A stretch of 63,918 nt of DNA, the filler included, from Guillardia theta CCMP2712 (taxonomy: Eukaryota; Protista; Cryptophyta), in assembly GCF_000315625.1 (NCBI RefSeq). It is 7 parts of 6 records of this genome, joined end to end, with 100 filler letters (N's around TTAATTAATTAA, not from the genome) between each part and the next. Parts side by side here need not be neighbours in the genome. Positions count along the whole stretch, not along the records: positions 35,864 to 40,906 come from NW_005434162.1; positions 41,007 to 53,115 come from NW_005434641.1; 5 more parts are not named here. One strand, written 5' to 3'. Positions 36,262 through 50,651 of this stretch are shown here, piece after piece. Within the stretch, counting starts at the first letter, position 1. Each line of letters starts with the position of its first letter. The notes below the pieces were generated by a model, which ran no database searches, was not told the DNA's origin, and saw only the letters and a list, made by a program, of their open reading frames with translations. The position numbers and the translations under genes were made by a program.

Positions 36262-38025
36262 ATGGCGAGTCGGAACGGGGCGCGGCAGCAGCCTTCGCAG
36301 GACGAGGACGAGGAATCAGCGGGGAAGAGGCTCGAAGATGTAGAGAGAGATTTCGAAGCTCTCACGCTAGATAACGTCCTCCAGAGGATCCAAGCTTTGG
36401 AGAAAGAGAATCAGCGCCAGAAAGAACAGTATGCGCTTGAGAAAGAACAATCAGACAAGAGGATCCAAGCTTTGGAGAAAGAGAATCAAGCTTTGAGGGC
36501 TTCCCAGGAAAAGACAGATATAGTGAACAAGATGAGACTCGGTGTTTTTGACGACCTTTCTTCTGGTAGTGTCGATCTTCCCAGTGCTCCTGCTGTATTG
36601 GGCAAAATTACTTGCGTTGCTTTCCAAGAATGTGCACTCGAGAGACTATCTGATCGCTGTGTGGCTGTGAAAGCATCAGCCTATAAAGATGGCAAGAGGG
36701 GTAACCCAGGTCCCTCCAACGAGAAAAGATTTGACTTGAAAGGTCGTGAGGTCAAATCATCTGCAATACAAGCTTCGCACTTAATCCCACACAGCTATCT
36801 ATGTCGGACCGACTGGGCAGCTATTTTGCAGCATACCCTTNNNNNNNNNNNNNNNNNNNNNNNNNNNNNNNNNNNNNNNNNNNNNNNNNNNNNNNNNNNN
36901 NNNNNNNNNNNNNNNNNNNNNNNNNNNNNNNNNNNNNNNNNNNNNNNNNNNNNNNNNNNNNNNNNNNNNNNNNNNNNNNNNNNNNNNNNNNNNNNNNNNN
37001 NNNNNNNNNNNNNNNNNNNNNNNNNNNNNNNNNNNNNNNNNNNNNNNNNNNNNNNNNNNNNNNNNNNNNGTGCACGGGAACTATGCGAGTAGTGCCCTTC
37101 CAAAAACTTGAAACAGAAGCAATCGGAAAGAATAAGTCAGGGCACGATCAAGTCTCCGAGGCACAGGTTGGAGAGAAGTCTCGCCTCAAGGAGATCTGCG
37201 AGCCGATGAGGGAGGACTACTTGATCCCCAGCATTTTTCCAGGTAGTATTGCTGTATGTATTTGTAGACGGGGGCCGTACCAATGAGCCGCATCTTCTAG
37301 GTGACATGGAGAAACTTCATCAGGCTCTAGAGTACATCGAGATACTACTCAAGGATGTTGCTGCGATTCAGTGCGGTCAAGAACTGAGCCTCGAAGAGCT
37401 ACTGCAGAATGCCGGAATCTCGACCAAGTCGGCACGGTGTACGAGTCTAACCAAGGTTGCTGAATGTGAAATTCTCAGGGAGAAGTTGAGAGCAGAGAAA
37501 ATGGTCAAGACATTCAAGGGACTGGAATCTACAACCGAGGAGATTGTTTGTTTCCGCTTAATAAGGTTCAAAGGGAGCAGTCCCGAAGAGGCTAAGGTTC
37601 AACGACATCGGGCTCCACATCCTCTGCTTCTCTCGCTTCGTTCGATGAACGCCATCACGAATCACTGTTACGGAGACTTGGCAAACAACGTCACAAGATT
37701 ACTTCTCATGTCCTGTTACAGCAGCTTGGACGAAGGAATGGATTTCGACTGCGAGCATTGCTTACGAATCGCGTTTGGCTTGGAATACGACGAGGAGGCG
37801 AAATATGTGATGGGGCGTGATGGGCCTGAAATTGTGTATTGCAATTCCGTTTCTGTAAGGAGTTCAGAAAACAGTCCGGAGGCATCACAGTTTTCGGCCG
37901 AAAAGTCTTGTGGGTCTGGTACAAGCGCATCATCCAGAACGACTCAAGATTCGGAGACTTGCGCTGCGAGTACTGTTCCAAGGGACCTGTTTGGTGGCTC
38001 CGATGAAGAATCTGTACCCGGCTAG
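36262..38025 (+). CDS. Coiled-coil plus putative HNH-type endonuclease (Crinkler-like)
   Basis: Duplicated RIQALEKENQ, an IQASHLIPHS motif and a C-terminal PHPLLLSLR. Interrupted by a gap and by a frame change near 37243-37267. Confidence 0.55.
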
Positions 38026-38617
38026 AAAAAGATTTTAGTACCGCCTTCTGCCGCCGCGCGGACTCTTCAGGCCCTGTTTCAAGGCGAGGCCCTGACTCTT
38101 CAGGCTCGGCAGCACTGCATGAGTCGGGTTCTCGGTCCATAGTACTTCTCCTTCAAGTAGTAAGCACTATGAATAGTTTGGTCGATACAAATATCCGTAC
38201 TCAACTTTGCGGGCCATTCCCCGGGCCCTCAGGCTCCATGCCCAACATGCACTGCTTTTGTTCTGCAAAGATTCCACTAGATCTGTTCCGAGGCTTCCCA
38301 ACGGTTTGAGGGGACCGATGCGCTTCCATTCTCCGACTCCATCAATCTCCCCCTGTTGCCATAGGTGCCATTCCTGCACTGCCGCAACATCCGGGTCACT
38401 GACGGTGATACTTGAGATGCTTGATTTTCGTGAGCCTTCCAATCTCCTCTTTCCATCTCTCTCTTCTAGAGAGGACGGCAAGCCCTGAGACTGACTCTCT
38501 GAACGGAAGAAAAGATAGAAAGATAAAGCAAAGAGTTATTCAACCTCGAAACACTTTGTCGCGGCATCCCCGCAATGGCCCGGCGCATTGCGCCGTAGCT
38601 CCATTCGCTCCTCCTCC

Positions 38618-40634
38618 TCATATTCTTGTCAAGCTGCGGCATCGGAACGCAAGGCAACAGATCGTGACTATCCCGCATGCACCCACTCCTCCCCCTGCCA
38701 TCCCCACCAGCTTCGCAGCCCCCCGCGTCAGCTGCGGCAGGAGGAGGAGCAGCTCCCGCAGGTCCCTCGTGAGGGCGACTAGCATGAGGAGCAGAGCGAA
38801 GCCCGAGAGCTGCAAGAAGGAGCCTCCTCCTCCAGGAAACAGCCGCATGCTGCTGCTGTACAGGTCTCGCTTGTCCTCTGCNNNNNNNNNNNNNNNNNNN
38901 NNNNNNNNNNNNNNNNNNNNNNNNNNNNNNNNNNNNNNNNNNNNNNNNNNNNNNNNNNNNNNNNNNNNNNNNNNNNNNNNNNNNNNNNNNNNNNNNNNNN
39001 NNNNNNNNNNNNNNNNNNNNNNNNNNNNNNNNNNNNNNNNNNNNNNNNNNNNNNNNNNNNNNNNNNNNNNNNNNNNNNNNNNNNNNNNNNNNNNNNNNNN
39101 NNNNNNNNNNNNNNNNNNNNNNNNNNNNNNNNNNNNNNNNNNNNNNNNNNNNNNNNNNNNNNNNNNNNNNNNNNNNNNNNNNNNNNNNNNNNNNNNNNNN
39201 NNNNNNNNNNNNNNNNNNNNNNNNNNNNNNNNNNNNNNNNNNNNNNNNNNNNNNNNNNNNNNNNNNNNNNNNNNNNNNNNNNNNNNNNNNNNNNNNNNNN
39301 NNNNNNNNNTCGAGGAGCCGTCGCACTGCGAGAGAAGAAAGTCAACGGGGTCCATGGAGAGAGCGCCGCCGTTGGAGGGCACGAGCGCGATGCCGACGGC
39401 GCTCCATAGGAGGCAGACGAGAAGGGGGAGGAGGGAGCCGACGAGGACCGCAATCCTGATGCGGTCGGGCTTGCCGTTGAGCATGCTGCAGACTGTGGGG
39501 ACGACCTGGAGGTACATGAGAATCTGTAGCATGATGGGCATCTGCAGCAGGAGCTTCTCGGGGGCTGAAGGAGGAGACGAGCAGCCGCGAGAAGTTCGCC
39601 TGCCCTGCTCCCATGCCGATGATGGCCAGGAGGGAGAGGAGGAAGATCATCGTGAGCACGTTGTTGACCCCCTCCGTCACGCTCCCCGACCGGAAGGAGC
39701 AGTCGGGGCCCAACACGATGACGTGGAAGGCGAGGGAGAGGAGGAGGCAGCCGGCGGCGTGGGAGCGAAGGCCGAGGAGCTTGGCGATCAGACCTCCTCC
39801 TCGAGACACTTGCGCTGTCAGCGACGCCCATTGCAGCACCAGCCAGGACACGCCCAGCAGGTTTGCCAGCTGACGCCCTCCTGCAAGCGACGCGATGGCA
39901 TCGATAGAAACCGTGCTCCTCCTCGTGATCCTCATCGCTCGCAACGAGAGCTCAGCAACGACCAGCCCCTGCTCGACGTCAGCTCCTCCACCACCACCAC
40001 CACCTCCTCCTCCTCTTCCTCCACCACCACCACCACCTCCTCCTCCTTTGATCCCCGCCCTCCCTCCCATCCTTCTCATCTTCACCTGTGCCACGAGGTA
40101 CATCCAGCATACGACCATGCCGAAGGCTGAGGGTATGAATCCTGCCAGGCATCAGTGGAGGCGACCCAAGGAGGAAGGGAAGGAGGACCGAGAGGAGCCG
40201 TAGCGTACGGGAGAGCGAGGAAGCCTCCTCCCACAGCAGAGCCAGCGATGAGGAGGACAGCAGAGACCATCTTGTCTCCTTCGCCTGAGGGAAACCAGCT
40301 TTCACTAACAATGGATTGCGAACAGTCCCCCCACCTGCTCCTCCTCGCATGTCGTTGACCGTCTGAGAGGGAGGGGAGGGGGGATGGAGATTAGGAGGAG
40401 CGGCAGAGCTGCAAAAAATGTCAGGGCCAACAACTTCGCCTCCTCGACTCGCCTTGTACGAGAGGCGAAAAGTCTTGAGATCCCAAGTTTGTGCATGAGG
40501 GGTTGGGCAGAGGGCAGCTGTTTGTCATGCAGCAGCAAGCTGTGGTCTGCTGGGGCTCCAGGGAGAGCAGAGCAAAGAGGAGCAGAGAGAAGGAGAGAGA
40601 GAGCGAAGGCGATGCGGCGAGTCGGAGTCGCCAT
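38618..40634 (-). CDS. Tyrosine/tryptophan permease family amino-acid transporter with N-terminal signal peptide
   Basis: VSAVLLIAGSAVGGGFLALPYATAPLG, YLQVVPTVCSML, IRIAVLVGSLLPLLVCLLW and many TM segments. Confidence 0.85.
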
Positions 40635-41278
40635 GTCGTGCAAGTATGCGATGATAGGATAGTCGGTTCCAACCTTCAAGTCCTTCGCATCGCTGGGGAA
40701 CAAACTTCGATCAGAATCATGAAGGACCTCGCGCACGACATTTTCATTTTCATCATTATTATCATATAACTGTGCTGATAACACGCAAAACGCTTCTCCT
40801 TGATCACAACCTTGCAAGGCATTTCCCTTTCGAGTGACAAAAGTTCACGGAGGGAGTCAAACGCTATCCTACATCATGGCATCCTCTGGAACATTCAGCA
40901 ATAGTTNNNNNNNNNNNNNNNNNNNNNNNNNNNNNNNNNNNNNNNNNNNNTTAATTAATTAANNNNNNNNNNNNNNNNNNNNNNNNNNNNNNNNNNNNNN
41001 NNNNNNGACAAGGAAAGGAAGAATAGACAAGAAAGGTGAGAGAGGAGAATGGTAAATGCCAGAAACAACTAGTAAGAATCAGAAGAAGAGTGTATCACTA
41101 TCCACTTACTCCTGCACCATCCATTCTTGTCTTTCGAACTCGAGCATCTATAAGTTACAAGTCAATCGACGATCATCCTATTGTACGCAACCATCATCAA
41201 CTCCATTATTTCCATCATCATCTCAATCATCATCTCAATCATCATCTCAATCATCATCTCAATCATCATCTCAATCAG

Positions 41279-42681
<1,403 letters not shown>

Positions 42682-42835
42682 GCGGCTGCCTCCCCTTCCC
42701 TCCAGGCCGCGACCGCCATCGGGAGCCTCAAGAGTTTGACAACGCAGGTCCGCCTCACTGGGCAATATTTTGAAGTTTGCCAGAGTGAAGTTTCAAAGTT
42801 GTAAAGTTTCAAAGTTTTCGGCCCCCCTTGCAAGG

Positions 42836-44060
42836 ATGGTAGCAATGGCAGCGTGGTCGCGGCCTAGCCTGGCGCTTCCTCAGCTGAAGTTTCTTCCCGC
42901 CTCCTCTCGCATGGTTCACCTTCCCAAACGACGACCCGAGCATCAGATTCGCTCCATGTCCGACAAGGACTTGGCCTGCCCCCCCATGCGCGCCTCCTCC
43001 TTTGTGGAATCCCTCCTCGTATGGACGCGATCGATTGAGTGCGAGGCGCTCGTGGACAAGCTTCCGGTGGTGTCTCATCCGGGCTACGGGGACGTAGAGA
43101 ACTGGGATCCCAAGCATCGGTTCGTCATGTCCAAGTTCGGCGGCATGAGGAACGTGATTGAGAGCACAATGCACTTGAGGGAGGAGGTGGAGGTGGTCGA
43201 GGACTTTGCGCCAGTGAGCGCGTCGACGCTGTGCCTGGTCCATGACAGGAAGTTCGTTGAGGACTTTTGCGAGGGTAAGATGGATCCCAGGGCGATGAGA
43301 CGCATCGGCTTGCCATGGTCACCATCGCTGGTAAGGAGGACCTTGCTGGAAGTTCAGGGAACTACCATAGCAGCGAGACTTGCGCTCGAGAGGAGGCTAG
43401 CGTGCAACGCTGCAGGGGGGACTCATCACTCGTTCGCTGACTATGGGAGCGGTAGGGTCTGGTTTCTAGCTTGAGCTTGCACTCACCAGCTCCACAGGTT
43501 TCACCATCTTCAACGACCTGGCGGTGACAGCAGCATGGCTGCGGGACGAGAGGTTGGCGAAGCGGGTGCTTATCCTTGACCTCGACGTGCATCAGGGGGA
43601 CGGGACGGCAGCGATCCATGCGGGCAATCCGGATGTAATGACAGTCTCCGTGCACTGCGAGTCAAACTTTCCCTTCCGCAAGCAGCAGTCTGACCTCGAC
43701 GTTGCCTTGGAGGACGAGGTCGGGGACAGAGACTACCTGCTGCGGCTGAGCCAGTTCCTGCCCTCCCTGCTCGCTGATTTCAAGCCCGACATCGTGCTGT
43801 ATGATGCAGGAGTGGATGTGCATGCAGATGACGAGCTGGGAAAGCTTCACATCTCTGACCAGGGGCTCTTCGACCGGGACGTCTATGTGCTGCGAACCTG
43901 CCTGGCCATGAAGATCCCCGTGGCGACTGTGATCGGAGGAGGTTACGACAGGGACCACCTCGTGCTTGCAAAGAGACACGCGATCATCGTGCAAGCGGCT
44001 GTAGCGTGCAGGCAGTGGACAAGAACTCGACTTCTCAAGTCCAACAAAGTCACCAACTGA
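42836..44060 (+). CDS. Histone deacetylase family protein (HDAC11-like / bacterial-type), 2 exons
   Basis: HRFVMSKF, AGGTHH, GFTIFNDLAV, LDLDVHQGDGT, YDAGVD and IGGGY. A 46-nt intron lies at 43452-43497. Confidence 0.93.
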
Positions 44061-44175
44061 ACTTCTCGATTCTTTCATAGTGGGCTGGGTGCCCATGTGT
44101 ACTGTTATTCCGTTAAAACGTGATCTGCGTGTCCGATCATATTAAAGGGGTCGTGACTCACAGCTAGGCATCTGG

Positions 44176-46771
44176 TCAGGCATCGCTGGAACTACGAAGA
44201 TGGCTCGGGAGCCTCCGCGCCAACCTTCGAGGTCGCCTCAGCTCGCAGCTTCTCTTGTTCCTGCTGCTCCTCCCCAACATCAGGAGAGAGGACGCGCAGA
44301 GAGTTTGGGAAGAGCACCTGCAGCTCCACCGACTTCGCGAGAGGAAGGAAGGCAAGTAGCCTCTCCCGCTCTGTCTCGCGCGCACTGCCTTCCACTACCA
44401 CGATGTAGGAGGGCGGAGAGTGAGCTTGATCGACACTCTCGATGACCGCCTGGCAGCTCGGGGTTAGTGTGCGATCAGTTGGGGTGGAGACGGGCGGCAC
44501 CTGGACAAGGCTACCGTCGGGCTTCTTGTACCAGCAGGGGCTCCCCTTGACGAGCTGTGCATTCTCTTCCCTGCAGAGGGGGAGTAAGGGAGGTGCGAAT
44601 GACAAGAGCAGCGGGTGGAGGAGACCTATCCTTGTCGTAGCAAGCATGACAACCATCCCAGTCACAGGCCCGGCAGCCCAGCATCACTGTGCCGACCTGG
44701 ACAATTTGGTTGCATAGATTGCACCTCCACTGATCGTCTGGGGCATTGAACATCTGCGAGAAATCGACTGAGCGGTAGTGATGTTGCTCGCATCACAAAC
44801 CTTCAGCTCATGTTTCTTAAGGCAGCCGAAGTTGGAAAGAATCTCTTGCCTTGGCTCCGTCTTGGTAGGCTCCTGCTTGACGCCTCCAGTCTGCTGCGTG
44901 ACCTGCACTCCGTCCCTGGGGGTTGTTGGCTTCCCCTGAGACGCAAGCAACTTCTTGAGCTCTACGGTGAACTCCTCCTCCTGCATGGGAGCAGGGGATT
45001 CAGGAGCAGAGGGAGTGGGGGACCAGGACGGAGAGAATTACATAGCAAGAAACTGGAAGACAGGAGCAGAAAGGAAAGAAGAGAAGAGATGGTACAAGGA
45101 ACAGTGTTGTTACCGTCAACCAGCCTGCAAGCTTCGACTGCTTCAACCGAAGGATGTCACTGGCAAGAGAAGGCTCTTTCTTCGGAAGCGCTGCGAAGAG
45201 AATTCAGAGGGGAGAAGGTAAAAAGGTAGAAGGCAAGAAACATAAAGGAGATCTGAAGACAAACAAGAAACAACACAATAGTTCAAAGATGTCATCGCTA
45301 ACGGCATGCAGAGTGATCAAAGAGATCGAAAGACCTTCTTGCACAGCTTCAGGGAGCTTGACTTGTTTGGAAAGGCATTCGATGCATATATCCCAATCAC
45401 ACTCTCTACAGCCGTACATGATAGCACCCTGAGCAATCTGCAGACAACCTTGAGATCAAAGGGGTGGAAGCGCCAACGGAACACCTCCGATCTACAAGTG
45501 TCACAGGCCCACTCCGAGTTAGGAGTGGAAAACTCATAGAGGACGTGCTGAGATGGGCAAACGTGCTTTGCCACTTCGGTCTGCATGTCGATCCTGCGAG
45601 CAGTTGAGGAGGGGAGGACAAGTGGTAGGAGAATCTCCTACTTCGCATCCTTCATCCCCACTCGGGCATAGCACAGGCCACAACCGTCCCAGTCGCACTC
45701 ACGACAGCTGAATACCTGAGAAACCTTTACCTTGCTAGTTTGCCTCCATGTTTTCAAAAACACTCACAAGCGACTTCATCGGAAGTGACTCGCGGCAGAG
45801 GTTGCACTCGTACTGGTAGGTCTTCGCACGATGGCAGGACAGGGGATGGTTTCCTCCGCACTGGAACAAGATGCGCTCGACGCTGCTCCCTGCCTGTTCT
45901 GTCTCCGCAGCCTTGACCGTCGCCTTGGCCTCGTTGAGACACTTTCATACATCATGTCATACACACAACATGTCTCATCCAGTAGAGACCTTGCTGCAAC
46001 CGTCCCAGTCACACATTGGACAGCTGTAAACGACAGATCCTGGTCACGGGCATGAGTGCACAGCACTGATCTCAGAGCAAAGGAGGGAGGACCTATATCT
46101 ATCTGCTGCTCGCAGACGTTGCATATCCATCCCTGCTCTTTTTTCTCGCTTTTCTCCAGCTCATGGCCATCAGGACAGCCAAACGATCTCACTCTCAACA
46201 GTCTCTTCTGCTCGAGCTGGATGCACAAAACTGGTCAGAGGTCAGACGATGAATCACACTTCTCCTGCCTTGTATTGCTCATCGCTGATCTCTCCTCGAG
46301 ACAAGAAGCCCTTCAGCCGCAGGAGCTTCAAGGCAAGGCTCCCCTCTCCCAGGTCGATCACTTTCCTGGGGCTCGCCTGGTCTAGATGGATAGTCTCAAA
46401 GCCCTCCCGCACGATCTCCTCCTCCGCGCCCTTTCCATTCACGGGCCCTTGTTTAGATGTCTCGTTGCTCACTGCGTTTCACATCACATGATCGCCGCAA
46501 CTTCAGCCGGCGTGCACCTTTTGAACTGTTGGTTGAGCTTGCATTGACATTCTCGTTCTCAGTGGTCATCTTTGAACTCTCTTTCTTCTCAAACAACGAC
46601 CGAATCTCTGCGTATCGCACATATCAGCTCTGGAGACGACCCTCTGGTAATTTCACCTTGCTGAAACGTCTCCTCAGATATCTCTTCCTTTTCCTTGGCA
46701 GCCTTGAGAGCAAGAAGTTTGGGCGCAAGGTCCTCGTTGTCCTTGGCCGGCTTGCTTTCAGCCGAGCCCAT
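44176..46771 (-). CDS. Protein with possible N-myristoylation site, SHOCT-like motifs and repeated Cys/His zinc-binding modules
   Basis: MGSAES start, GEISDEQY and EEISEETF motifs, and about four repeats of C..H.L...W.C..C....GCR.CDWD.C..C across short introns. Confidence 0.65.
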
Positions 46772-46984
46772 TTGCCGACATCGACTGAAGGGCAAAGTAA
46801 ACATACGGTGATGCAGGCAAAACAGATCTTCCAACGTCCTATCTCTTTATCTCCCTATTTCACCACATCGCTTCATTGAAACTGTACGTTCCGTGCCCTT
46901 TCACAACTCCCGGACGTCCCTGTTGAGCTATCATGACCATACTATGATGCCTAGAGCTTGGCTTTGTGTTCTCCTTTTTCTCTT

Positions 46985-47500
46985 CCTCATCCATCACCTC
47001 TCCTCTCATTCCTCCTCTCCTCTCGTTCCTCCTCTCGTTCCTCCTCTCCTCCCATATCTCCTCTCCTCTTATCTCTCCTCCCATCTCTCCTCTCCTCCCA
47101 TCTCTCCTCCCATCTCTCCTCTCCTCTTATCTCTCCTCCCATCTCTCCTCTCCTCCCATCTCTCTGCCATCTCTCCTCTCCTCCCATCTCTCCTCCCATC
47201 TCTCCTCTCCTCCCATCTCTCCTCCCATCTCTCCTCCCATCTCTCCTCTCCCCTCTCCTCTCCTCTCTCCTCTCCTCCCATCTCTCCTCCCCATCTCTCC
47301 TCTCCTCTCTCCTCTCCTCCCATCTCTCCTCCCATCTCTCCTCTCCTCTCCCCTCTCCCCTCTCCTCTCCTCTCTCCTCTCCTCCCATCTCTCCTCCCAT
47401 CTCTCCTCTCCTCTCCCCTCTCCCCTCTCCTCTCCTCTCTCCTCTCCTCCCATCTCTCCTCCCATCTCTCCTCTCCTCCCATCTCTCCTCCCATCTCTCC
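46985..47500. repeat. Polypyrimidine low-complexity tract (CTCCTCCCATCT / CTCTC)n
   Basis: About 500 nt almost entirely C/T on the plus strand. Confidence 0.9.
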
Positions 47501-48017
47501 AACCACTCGTCTTCCTCAACTCTTCTCTCGCTCTTCCCGCCCATATCGTGACGTGGTCCCCTACCCCCCCTTGGAAGACCACCCCCAATTTTTCCAGAAA
47601 CTACCCTACCCCATCCCAAACCTTTTCTTCTAGAATTGGGGTGCACCTGGTCTGATCACCCTGATTTCATCGGAACATTTGTGGTATTTGATATGGTAGG
47701 GTACATAACCCCACCCATGAATTGAACAAGGTCTTCCCATGTCGGGGCGCAAAGGCGATAATGAAAGAGAGATGGCGGAGGGAGCGAAGGGACCGAAGGG
47801 AGCAGCATGATGGAGGAGAAGGAACAGGTAACACAAGCATGCTCGCAAGAACCTCGGTCCCCATGTCTCTGCATGCTTGCCAGCTTGCGGATCTTTCAAA
47901 CAGCCCAAGGACTGTTCATCGTCTTCCTGCCTTGCGCTCCTCTGATTCTTCTCTCTCACGACGACGGCAGAGGGCGTGGGCTGAAGTTGTTCATGCTGCA
48001 ACAATGGACCTCTTGAG

Positions 48018-50648
48018 ATGGTGAAAATGCTTCGACGGCCATCGCAACTCTTGCTGGTGGCAGTGCTCTTCGCCGCCATCGAGAGAACTTGCGAGGGTAG
48101 CTCTGGTACTAGCATGCGCTCGGACATTTACATCAGATTACTTACAACGATGCTGATGCAGGAATACGATTCACAGACGGCGATCTCAACGATTTCTTGT
48201 CTCCTGCGTCAGAATGTGTCCTGCCATTGAAAGCCATGTTCTCCAAGGAAAAGCCTCCGCCAGGATCAGTCGCAGCTCCTATTAAGGCGCAAGAGAAGCC
48301 TCAGAAGAAGAAAGTTCGCCGAGTGAAGTTTCGAACAAATACATCAACAACAACCAACATCACTCTCAGCGAAACTTCTCTCTCTGCCAACACCACACGA
48401 TCAAGTGATACATTCAAGAAAAGTGAGGGCTCGCGGAAAGACCCCAAGAACCGGAGTGAAGTAGTAGCGTCAGTCTCGTTGAGCGACTGCCTTTCATGCA
48501 GTGGGTGCGTGACCTCTGCGGAGGAAGTCATGATGAAACGCCAAGGGGTCGATCATCTCACCAAGGCTGTCGAGGTGGGAAGCACGTGCGTGGTTTCATT
48601 CTCACCTCAATCGCTCTCGTCGCTGGCAGCGTGCTTCAACACAACGGCATCCAAGTTTGCGAGGAGCGTCTCCAGCTTTCTGAAGCTCAGAGTTGGAGTC
48701 AAGTTTGTGTTCGATACCTCCTTGAGCGCGCAGGTGGCGCAGCATGAGGCGAAGAAGGAATTCATGGAGCGATGGGGGGCTCGAGGGCCCTTCCCAATCC
48801 TCTGTACGGAGTGCCCGGGAGTTGTGATCTTCAGTGAGAAGAAACAGTATGACCTGTTCGCCCGCCTCCTCTCGACCGTCCGTTCGCCACAGGCGATTAG
48901 CGGTGAACGGACTTATCTCTTCTCTAGTCTCAACCCGTTTGACATGTCGACAGGCAAGCTGATCAAGCAAGTGCTGTCGTCCACGATCCGAGGCGCAGGA
49001 GGCAGCAAGGTGCGAACCCTTAAAGTTTGACCCCTGTCATCGTCCCTGCAGATCTGGCACTGCACGATCATGCCTTGCTTCGACAAGAAGCTGGAGAGCG
49101 CAAGGGAGGAGTTCAGTGTGGTTGAAACGGAAGGAGGGGCCTTAACATCCAGCCCAGAGACTGACGCTGTGATCACGACGTCGGAGTTTTACTCTTACCT
49201 GCTGCAGGAAGGGTTTCAATTTCAAGGTGTGCCGATCAATACGTGAACGAGATCTGATCTGCTCACAAACCCGGCAGACGGGGCCGACGGCCCGGGGATG
49301 GACGATATGCGAGATTTGTTCGAAGCTTCTGTCTCCCCCGCGAAGCAGGAAGCGACAGAACAAGGTGAAGCATTGAAGTCGGATCAGGATGAGGAGCTTG
49401 AAGGAGAAACGTTGGAGGGAAAGGAAAGCAATGTCGGACGAAAGTTCAAATTGCCTAGCATGTCGGAACCGCAACTTTCCGATCATTCCGCCGGCTTTTC
49501 GAATGGATATCTAGAGGTGATTTCGCTGATTTCACATGCCTTCGATTCTCTGCTTTGCTACCATTCTCCTCCTCCAATCTTCGCTTTAAAACTCTCCACT
49601 GTTTGCCTTGCCAGCCCTTTTTCATTCGCAAACTCACATGGTCTTCCTTCTTCTCCTATACAGGTGGTGGCAAGGCATGCAGCTCAACAGATCCTGGGCA
49701 TCAACCTACCACCTTCTCTTGTGTACAACTATCCAGCGTGAGCCTCTCCCCTCTTCCTTCCCTCCCTCCCTCGAAGTGACAGGTTCTGTTGCTCCCCCAG
49801 CACGGGCTCGTTGGACATCAAGGAGCTGACAGTTTCCGATGGAAGCGGAAGGGAGTTGAACTTTGCAGCTGTCTATGGTTATCGACATCTCCAGACTTTA
49901 ATACAGAAGGTCAGGATGCGCCAGTGCAAGTATCATTATGTGAGTTCGAACCGAATCGCTTCCTCCTGAATCATGGCATTCTCCTCCTCTTTCTCCTTAT
50001 CCTCCTTTGTCTGAAATTCTAATATTCCTTAACCCACGATCTTCTTCTGTAGTCTCTCTTCTACTTCCCCAGCTTTCTTTTCCACTTGAATTCTTCTCCT
50101 CCTTCTCCTCCTCCGCTCTCTATTTTTCAGCGTCATGAATATCTACAGGTGGAGTTGATGTCATGTCCGGAGGGATGCACCAACGGGGGAGGTCAATTAA
50201 AGACCGACTCAAAGGAAAGAGTGAACCAAAGGTTCTTCCTGTCTATGTTCACACCCTTCATATGCCCACCCATCATCATCTCCTCCAGCATCTCCACTAT
50301 CATCCCGGTTGTAATCATCTCAATTGTCTTTATCCCGTTTCCTGCTCTCTCCCTTCGCCGTGACTTGAATCACGTTCTGCTGATTGCACGAGCAGGTACA
50401 TCGAATATGTCGCTGGTGTGTCTGCCAATACGATGCCACAACAAGTACTTGACGGGCTGGAACGTCGAGCAAGCGATGACGCCATGGTAAGTCTGGTTGT
50501 TCAGTTTATCCGTACACATGACAACAAGCATCAGGAGGATGAGGAGGCTCAGGGGGAGAGCAAAGGCTACAAAGACAGCACATGGAACTTCCGGACAGGA
50601 TTCAAAAAGAGGGAGGACAGCATCGTTGCTGTGCTGGAGGCCTGGTGA
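48018..50648 (+). CDS. NAR1: Fe-hydrogenase-like Fe-S cluster assembly factor NAR1/NARFL with N-terminal extension
   Basis: DLNDFLSPASECVLP, SLSDCLSCSGCVTSAE, CTECPG, IMPCFDKKLES, VELMSCPEGCTNGGGQ and a terminal Trp. Confidence 0.92.
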
Positions 50649-50651
50649 GGC

